NCBI RefSeq assembly: GCF_006345805.1
Contig: NC_042997.1
Location: 99,510,001 to 99,574,000 of the forward strand
DNA from: Octopus sinensis
Taxonomy: Eukaryota
Length of the DNA stretch: 64,000 bases
Direction of reading: 5' to 3'
Every line of letters starts with the position of its first letter. The first letter of the stretch is position 1. Below are positions 54,901 through 64,000 of this stretch, piece by piece. A model generated the notes under the pieces. It was not told the DNA's origin, made no database searches, and saw only the letters and a program-made list of their open reading frames with translations. The translations under genes were made by a program, and so were the position numbers.

Positions 54901-57201
54901 AAATATGAATAATAGAGTTCTCAGTCATTGACAATGCATGCTATTTGCATATTCTTGTATTGTGGTGGCTTCATTTTTATTCGCATTGATACCACCCACA
55001 CAACCTCGAGATACAAAATTATTTCCAATCTGGTGCGTCTCCAGAAAATATGATTATGAATCTTAACCTAGGTTTTGTTCACTGCATCTTTTGGTCGACT
55101 GTACACATTAGTAGATGTGATGAAATGGCTGATGACAACTGAATTAGTGAAATTGCGCTCGACACACTATCAGACATGAATTGCTATTCACCATACATCA
55201 GAATGGCCTGTTTTTTTTATGTTCACGAAGGAGAATTAGAATATGTGTCACCGATGGAAATAAGCTGTTCTCTTTTGTTTAGGATTTTAATGGATGCAGA
55301 TAAACAATGTTAAAATTTCTCAGTATGTCCGATATCTCAGTATTTCAGTCCTCACAATATTCCAATTAATTCTAGTGATTTTGGTGGGATCTCCTTAATC
55401 TCTTGTCCTCAAAATAGAATTTGAAATTGATACAGCAGTCTTCAGGAATCGATTATTGAATGAGCCATGGTGCTACTGTGTGTGCCTTTTAAATGAATAT
55501 CCCATGTGTGTTGGTTGATGTGTGGTAAATAGAAATATAGCATGCAATACTATTTTTCTGAAAATTTTCTAGGGAGTGATCAGCGCTCCATATAATTGCA
55601 ATTGGCAATCAGCTGAACTGTGGAATTGACCGGTAAACTGTTTGGGGTTTGTTTTGGTCCAGGCCTCCATGTGAATCGGTGACAAGGTGATACTCAGAAA
55701 TGAGATGCTCAGAAGTTATTCCTTGAAAATCGGATATCGATGGGGAACGAAAAGAAAAATTAGTTAGTGCCCTAAGTAACCCCCTTTTATGGTAGGGGTT
55801 CTTTTCCGGGGCAATACTTAATATATTAGAACTATTGTCTTTGTATATATGTTTCTTTCGTCAGAAGATCCATCCACTATTAACGTTCATTGTGACAACC
55901 CCTCGTGGTTGATGATGCGCAGTAATAGGTAGAGATTATGTCACCTGCTGAATTTTCTGGACAGGGAGCAAGTGTAGTGGTCTTTCTGTTACGTTTTGTA
56001 TTTCGAAAAGGGAATCTGATTTATCATACAAACCGCAGTTTACTCATCATATGATATATAGAATAGAGATAGAGCTGGACTATATGCTTAAATCAAAATA
56101 ACTTTCCCACAAAACAAAATTTCGAAATACAAACCAAAATTACTTCTATTTTATGCAAATCAGAAATAGAAAAGGCTGAGATTCCCTGGCTTCTATAATT
56201 TCAGAAATATCAAACATTCAATCAAGCAAACAAACGTTAAAAACAGTGACACCTACTATTTGGGAAGTTGGATATCTTAGCTATGAAGTAATGCTTACGA
56301 TGTACAACATGTATGCTTAAAACTTTTTGTAGACTTAGATTTTCAGAATAATTCAAATTGGAATTAAGTATTTTCTTATGATTTGAGTCAGAGAAGAAAG
56401 CAGTGCCAACTGCTTATATGAAAAGAGAAATGCATCCTCTAACTGGAGACCTGACCAAAATGGAATGAACCCCCACGAAAGGCACCCAATGACCAGGTGA
56501 TGCTGCCAAACCGAGTGACGGATTAAGTCTGCGACTCAAGTAGCCAAGGCGGGATTTGAGCTCACAACACAAACAGCCGAAACAAATACAACAAGACATC
56601 TGTCCAACGTTAATGAATCTACCAATTCCACTGTTTTTTACTGGTACTTTATTTTATCGACCCAGAAAAATAAATGATAAAGTTGATAAAGTTGACCGCG
56701 GCGGGATTCGAATACAAAACACAAGAGACCAAATAAACAACCGCAACGCATTTCATTCCATGATCTGACGAACGACTACCGTTATTTCGTCATCTAAACT
56801 TAGAATATGACCTTTCTTCAATGGTATACAATTATATTTCTTACTCTGCTGTGCTTTAAATTATGTCTCCGTCTTCTCGTCATCACTTCGCTGTTATTAA
56901 AATTACCTCATCTCACTCAAGGGAACTATAATTTGCAGATTTATAGTAATGTTTACATAGATTCATTAAATCAAATTTCTTTCATTGCTCTAATGGAAAC
57001 TACTATTTACGTTGATTATAGACATTTAAGCTTTAAATATTTATTTATTTAGGAATATAATTACTTGCGAAAATCTTGATATATTTTTATAGCATAGATG
57101 TGCTTGAATTCATATATTACACATGTATGCACATGCTCGTGTGCACACATACATACATTGATGCATATAATTACACACACAACAAACACGTATGTATATA
57201 T

Positions 57202-57611
57202 GCGCAGGAGTGGCTGTGTGATAAGTAGCTTGCTTACTAACCACATAGTTCCGGGTTCAGTCCCACTACGTGGCATCTTTGACAGCTGTCTTCTACTATA
57301 GCCTCGGGCCGACCAAAACCTTGTGAGTGGATTTGGTAGACGGAAACTGAAAGAAGCTCGTCGTATATGTAAGTGTGTGTGTGTATGTGTGTGTGTATGT
57401 TTGTGCGTCTGTGATTGCCACCCCCCAACATTGCTTGAAAACTGATGCCGGTGTGTTTATGTCCCCGTAACTTAGCGGTTCGGCAAAAGAAACCTATAGA
57501 ATAAGTACTAGACATACAAAGAATAGGTCGCGGGGTCAATTTGCTCGACTAAAGGCGGTGCTCCAGCATTGCCACAGTCAAATGACTGAAACAAGTGAAA
57601 GAGTAAAGAGA

Positions 57612-57612
<1 letters not shown>
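57202..57612 (+). mobile_element. Full-length SINE family A
   Basis: Colinear with 42755-43160. Confidence 0.9.
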
Positions 57613-57648
<36 letters not shown>

Positions 57649-57712
57649 AGTCCTAATCAGATGATGCTTTGAAACTCAGCCTTCAGATTTGTCTCGATTG
57701 CTTTGTGGCGTA

Positions 57713-58113
57713 AGGCAGCGAGCTGGCAGAAACGTTTGCACGCCGGACGAAATGCTTAGCGGTATTTCGTCTGCCGCTACGTTCTGAGTTCAAATTCCGC
57801 CGCGGTCGACTTTGCCTTTCATCCTTTCGGGGTCGATTAAATAAGTACCAGTTACGTACTGGAGTCGATATAATCGACTTAATCTGTTTGTCTGTCCTTG
57901 TTTGTCTCCTCTGCGTTTAGCTCCTTGTGGGTAGTAAAGAAATAGGTATATTGTCTGTTTTTACGTTCTGAGTTCAAAATCCGCGGAGGTCGACTTTGCC
58001 TTTCATCCTTTCGGGGTCAATAAATTAAGTACCAGTTGCATACTGGGGTCGAACTAATCGACTGGCCTCCTCCCCCAGAATTTCGGGCCTTGTACCTAGA
58101 GTAGAAAAGATTT
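57713..58113 (+). mobile_element. Dimeric SINE family B with 12-bp TSD
   Basis: Head plus core, then a second B-box/core module from ~57960; TSD CTTTGTGGCGTA at 57701-57712 and 58114-58125. Confidence 0.9.
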
Positions 58114-58964
58114 CTTTGTGGCGTATCTTTTCTCAATCAAGAGTAAATCACTATCTCGCAAATATTTCCGCGACAACTTCAGAATACATAGTTAAAATTT
58201 TTCTTCTACAGTTGTCATTTTCAATTATCACTTAATTGAAGAAGCTAAAAAGAGATTAATATTCATGAAAGAAAACTTGTCAATACTAATATTTAATTGA
58301 CAAATTAATTAAGCCTGTATATGCTGCTACAGTGCACTTTATCATGGCTACATCCCAGGTTATTTATGCTTAAATAAAAACTCATTATAAACATCTTATT
58401 TATGCTTATATGCATACCATAACAAGAACAATTCAATCAATATACGCTTAAAATTCTGTCTTCCCCTTCTCTCTATCACCTTCTCCTTCTCTTCAGTTTG
58501 CTCAGTATTTTGAGTCTCTCCCTCTCTCTCTCACTCACTCTCTCTTTCTCTCTTTCTTCACTTACTCTCTTCTATGTGTTTCAACTTACTCTCCGCTCTC
58601 CTCTCCACTTGCTCTTTCTCCCTCCTCCGTTTGCTTCCCTGTCTCTTCTTCCATATCCCCATTGTTTTTTCACCTTCCTTCCTTCTCTTTCTCTCTCTTC
58701 CTCTATCCATCAGTCGATCTATCTATCTTTCTGCACACACGAGCCAATCACATGTGCAGTCACACGCCACGAAGAAAGGAATAAGAACAATAGTTAAGAT
58801 ATCGAGGAACTGAAAGAGTGCTAAAATAGAATTGTTCCTCTGAGCGTGGAGAACGATCCATTTAATAACCTGATTGCAGCAACTCTGAAAAGTAACGGAT
58901 TTACTAGATTTGCAGCGCAAATAGGGCGAGAAATGAGTGAATTTATCCTCTCCTATGCACTCAT

Positions 58965-59067
58965 CTTGGGCAAGTGCCTTCTATAGCCTCGGGCCGACCA
59001 AAGCCTTGTGAGTAGATTTGGTAGACAGAAACTGAAAGAATCCCATCGTATATACGTATATATATAT

Positions 59068-59124
<57 letters not shown>

Positions 59125-59296
59125 GTGTGTGTGTGTGCGTCTGTGTATGTGTGTGTGTGTGCGTGTGTGTGTTTGTGCGTCTGTGTCTGTCCCCCAACAT
59201 TGCTTGACAACTGATGCTGGTGTGTTTATGTCCCCCGTAACTTAGCGGTTTGGCAAAAAAGACCGATAGAATACGTACTAGACTTACAAAGAATAA
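58965..59296 (+). mobile_element. SINE family A copy truncated at both ends
   Basis: CTTGGGCAAGT...GCCTTGTGAGT...ACCGATAGAATA. Confidence 0.85.
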
Positions 59297-59689
59297 TGAA
59301 ATGAAGACAACAACGACAGTGCTACCACCTTTTTATATCTGCTGCTGCAGGTATTCACTGAAATGCACAAACTGAAAAAGGAAAGACCCCCAAGAGAAGC
59401 AGACTCTACACCGCCAATCAGAACAGCAGTGAAATAAACAGAACCAACCGAAAGACTAATGAAACTGGATTTAAAGTCAAAACTACTAAAAATAAAACGG
59501 AAAACAACGAGAAAACACTACATGAAACGCGAACCATCAGCAAATTCTGCATAAAAGGTGTCTGCTGACATGGAGAGATTGGAACAAACAGCCGCTTTGC
59601 GCATCCAAAGCTTAGGCAAAATGGAACTCAAAGTATTAACCACTACTTATTCAAGCAACAAGCATTAAATTAGGTTACGTAAAAGAAAT

Positions 59690-59903
59690 AGTCCTTTCTA
59701 CTATATGCACAAGACCCGAAATTTTGGGAGAAAGGGTTAGTCGATTACATCGATCCCAGAGCTCGACTGGTACTTATTTTATTGACCCTGGAAGGATAAA
59801 AGGTAAAGTTGACTTCGGTGGAATTTTAACTCAGAACGTAAAGCTGGAAGAAATGCCACGAAGCATTCTGTCTGTCGTGCTAATTATTTTGCCAGCTCTC
59901 CGG
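59690..59903 (-). mobile_element. SINE family B copy
   Basis: Same core as the other B copies. Confidence 0.8.
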
Positions 59904-60039
59904 TTAAATGAAATAGTTATTACCGGAAATGAAACCGAGATAATAGATTCAGCTCACGGGAAGATGACTCTTTATTTTAGGATAACCGTCATATATACTC
60001 CCTGTCAATACGAAAAAACAACATTATACGAACCATAAA

Positions 60040-60228
60040 GAAGCTTCTACGCTCAACCAGCTATAAATAGATTCCAAATCTCCCTAACATCACATCGTAT
60101 CGTCTTAAAGAGGCCGAACATTTTGGACAATGTAATCGTATGTACTAAAACGCATCGTTAAAGCAAGAATGTTTTGATCTTGGAATTTTTAAATCAGGCC
60201 TACCCTGGAGCTAAACTATAACTGCAAC
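60040..60228 (-). mobile_element. Family F copy
   Basis: Reverse complement TTGTTGCAGTTATAGTTTAGCTCCAGGGTAGGCCTGAT...CTATTTATAGCTGGTTGAGCGTAGAA. Confidence 0.5.
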
Positions 60229-61095
60229 AAATTAAACACCTGCAAAAGTCTTAATATTTTGGAAACATTTTCATTCGTGATTAAATCAAATTATTTATTG
60301 CGTTCACGTTTTTGTTTAACAGACATTATGTTTATTCATAACGAAAATTTAATAATCAATATTTCTGCAATAATTTATTTTATATTTTATTAAATACTTT
60401 TAATCATTTTATTGGCAATTTTTTCTGTAACACTGGCTCTAAATGTTACCATTCTTCTTCCGAACTGCCACAAATACAGATTCGTTACTTCTGAAAGTTC
60501 TTGAATTCAGTTTTAATTTAATGATCTGCCATAAATTTCCAATAGGATTTAGATCTGCATATTCTCCAGGCCAGTGCAAAGTCTCGAGTTCATGATTTTG
60601 GTAAACGGTTTGATTAATTTGGCAGGATAACCATTATTATGGTATATTGCCGTTGTGGATTGAATTATAAGTAATATCTCTGAAAGATATTTTTGTGAAA
60701 CGTCGTCCTTGTTAATATCATCATCGTCGCCATCATTGCCGTTATTGTAGTTGTTGTTTGTTGTTGCTTGACACCGAGTTGGCTCAGATCAGCCAGACAT
60801 ATGGTCAAAGGTATTCAAACCATGATCCCTCCACCACCACCATCACCAAATACTATATTGCAAACTACATTATTTGATGCATGTTTTTAAGACATCTTTT
60901 ATTGTTTTCCCCCGGACTGAATAGCTGGAAATATTTCTGTAATGATTTGTACTGGATGAAGGACCAATTTTGTAAAGTAAATTGTATTAAACACACACAC
61001 ACAGTACTATACATATGTGATGTGCATATACATAAATAGAAACAATCTTACATCCAGATTCTCCAACCCATATCAGCACAGGAATCAAACATTGG

Positions 61096-61207
61096 ATTGA
61101 AAGAACTGAACAGCTGCAAATATGTCAACACAATTTTTCTTCTTCCTCTCTTCCTTCTTTCTTTCCTTCTCTTTTCCATTGACACTCCTTTCAGATACAC
61201 AGGCACC

Positions 61208-61258
<51 letters not shown>

Positions 61259-61830
61259 GAAAACTTACACACTCTCTCTCTCTCACTGGACAATGATGAA
61301 AAGAAATCGAGAGAATTTTTTTTGAAAATTAATATTTATCAAAACATGGCACCCACCTTGGAGTAGCCACCTGGTTTTACCATTTTTAAAGGACAAGAAT
61401 CACTTTCTATTGAAAGAACTGACCAAATACAAAAATGTAAACACATTTTTTCTTCTTTCTCTCTACCTTCTTTCTTTCCTTCTCTTTTCCATTGACATCC
61501 TTTCAGATACACAGGCACTCACACACACACGCGCACATACACACACACACAAAAACACACACACACTCTCTCACACGGACAACAATAAAAAGAAATCCAT
61601 ACAATTTTTTGAAAAATAACATTTATCAAAACAAGACCCACCCCCTTAGAGTAGCCATCTGGTTTTGCCATTTCTAAAGGCCAAGAATCACTTTCTATTG
61701 AAAGAACTGACCAGCTGTATAGATGTAAACACATTTTTCTTCTTTCTCTCTTCCTTCGTCCTTTCCTTTTCTTTTCCATTGACACTTCTTTCAGATACAA
61801 AGGCACACACACACATGTACTCTCTCTCAC
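61096..61830. repeat. Tandem array of ~2.5 units of a ~300-bp repeat with embedded CT/CA microsatellites
   Basis: ATTGAAAGAACTGA starts units at 61096, 61409 and 61697. Confidence 0.9.
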
Positions 61831-62323
61831 TTTTTCCTCATTCCTCACCCTCTTTTACTATCCTATATATCTCTCCACCCCTACACACTCAATAATACTA
61901 TGAAAAGAGACGAATCTCCTCAAAAAATTCAATCTGTATATGTATGTATGTGTGTATAACCCGAACTTCAGTTTCCGTCAACCAAGTCCACTCACAAAGC
62001 CTTGATCGGCCCGAAGTTATAGCAGAAGACACTTGGTTCTTGATAGTCCAGCTTGGGATCTGATTTTAAAGCATTTCGGTTGCTATTTCTAGCAGATAAA
62101 ACTTGGTTGATTCACATCATCTTGGTTGTCAGATGGCATTAGATATCAAGGGAGAGATTTGCTTCGTTAATTTTACGTCGAGATAATAACTTTGGGACGA
62201 ATCGGCCAACTTGGAATTCAACTTGGGACTGGAACAATAGAATGATTGCATTACAGAATTAATTCTCATCCATCCTTAACCTCCGATTAAACACCACGGG
62301 GGCATGTAGTTATTATAGGCGTA

Positions 62324-63088
62324 CTAGCAGCATAGCCCGGCGTTGCCCGGGTATGTAAGAGCCCCTAGTAGGCAACGACTAATCCCAATCTAGTCCTTTC
62401 CCTCTAGGGAACGAAGGCGCATGTGTAGGTTGCAATGTCTTCTCTTCACTCCCAAATAACTATCAAACAGCTATCAATAATTCAACCCAACCAATTCCTA
62501 CCAGGAAGAAATTACATTCGAGACTTTACCCCCAACACTGCCACTTCTGCTAATAGCTGCTGCAGCCGCAAGTTATTCGAATACTTTTTTTGTTTACACT
62601 TTCTTTATAACTACCACCCCAAACGTTTTACCTTAAATTTTTGACGTACCCTAAGGGTCCTCGGACGCTACTTGCAAACTCTTGGTTTATTATAAACCGC
62701 TTTTGTCGTGTGCATCAAAAAACCTTTTCCATTCGTTTGTTCAGTTTGGTCACTTTTGACTTTTTCGTTGTCACTCACATTGCTGCCCGCTTTTTTGCCG
62801 TTTTTGTACATTTTTATACATTTTGGGATACTTACCCCACGTGTTCCGAGAGCTAAAAAGGTCGAGTTGCGTCCCCTAGACAGTCTGTAGAAAATGTGTT
62901 GCATATAAAAAGCTTAGATTCTCGACCCATGTCGAATTTATCGATGTTTTTTTCAGAACTGGGGGAAATTATGACATTGTGTGTCAAGTTTCATCAGAAT
63001 CGGTTGAAAGCCGTGGTCAGGGTGAGGGTACAACCTGACAGACACACAGACACACAGACAGACAAACTGCCGTTTATATATAGAGAGA
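62324..63088 (-). mobile_element. Non-autonomous Helitron with intact termini
   Basis: Reverse complement: A|TCTCTCTATATATAAAC ... CCCGGGCAACGCCGGG-CTATGCTG-CTAG|T. Confidence 0.88.
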
Positions 63089-64000
63089 TTATAGTCATGC
63101 TCTTTAGCTCTCTTTAGTTTTGGGCCACACGCTCAATTAGCCATCTGCGCAAGCTAGCTGAAAAGTCCGCACGGAGTGCGCCTTTCAGACTAGTATGCAC
63201 ACGCACGCGCGCACACACGCACACACACACACATACACACAAGTGTGGTTGCTTTTGTGTCTATGTTTGCCCCCATCCTCAACACCGATTGACAACAAGT
63301 GTTGTCTTTTTATGTCTTCATATCTTTGTAGTTCGGCAACAGACACCTGTAGAATAAGTACCAGACTTTAAAAATAAGTGCTGTAAGTAATGGGTTTGTC
63401 CGACTAGACCCGTCGAAATGTTACCACCCAATTTGGCCGCAGGACAACTAATGCAACAAGTAAATGATAATATATTCTCCTTTTTTTTTTTTGTCATCTT
63501 TTCTAGTGTAAATTTCGATAAGGGCTTGTTGTTTCCTTTCTGTCAGTGGGAGTAAGTTTTAGAAGTCTCCTCATCTCAGCATCTTCGAGCCTTTTATCTG
63601 AATTTTTGTTGTATGTTGGTAAATGAGATATCTAACTATCTTTCTTGCAGATACGTTTTGATGTTGTTGAATATATGTACGGCAATGCTTTTTCATAAAG
63701 CGAAAAAAGAAACAATTTTTGCTTTGAAAATATATATTTCAATAAAGGCAAGCCGTCAGATCTAAAATATATCAACCTTATGCAATATGATCCCAAATAA
63801 AGAACGATGAGGATGAATATTAAACTCGAATGGAAAGAACTTCACATGACTAAAGCAATGAAAATATAACAAGAAACTCTATTTGATATAGATTTTACAT
63901 CTTATTGGGAATTTCACGTGTAAGCAATATTTCTTATAGGATGACTGTGTGTGTGCATGTGTATGTGCATCTCTGTGTCCTTGTGTGCATATGTGTGTGT

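Noticed and set aside
55129-55160. CTGATGA...GAAA motif as a stand-alone ribozyme
   Set aside because: Stems I and III do not form; kept only as a weak member of the window-wide observation.
62985-63000. CTGATGA on the minus strand
   Set aside because: Part of a Helitron internal motif; no GAAA or stem architecture.

Overview
Eukaryotic, AT-rich, repeat-saturated DNA. The microsatellite load and SINE families look like a cephalopod (Octopus-type) genome; that is inferred from repeat style, not a database match. Most track ORFs are microsatellite artefacts. Supported elements: a 5'-truncated R4/Dong-type LINE in a (TAA)n tract (21659-23436) and a second Dong-like 3' fragment; a ~3 kb hAT (Buster/ZBED-like) with TIRs and an 8-bp TSD; mariner, maT/DD37D-like and pogo-type remnants and MITEs; three non-autonomous Helitrons; and at least five tRNA-derived SINE families. 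There are also candidate minus-strand exons of an unrecognised spliced gene, best supported at 36141-36478. The most interesting signal is a set of minimal hammerhead-ribozyme-like motifs (Penelope type) in several unrelated repeats. One lies in the 3' part of a tRNA-headed SINE whose target-site duplication and empty paralogous site are both in the window (46256-47112). No rRNA, intact tRNA gene or CRISPR array was found. All structures were read by eye and none was computed.
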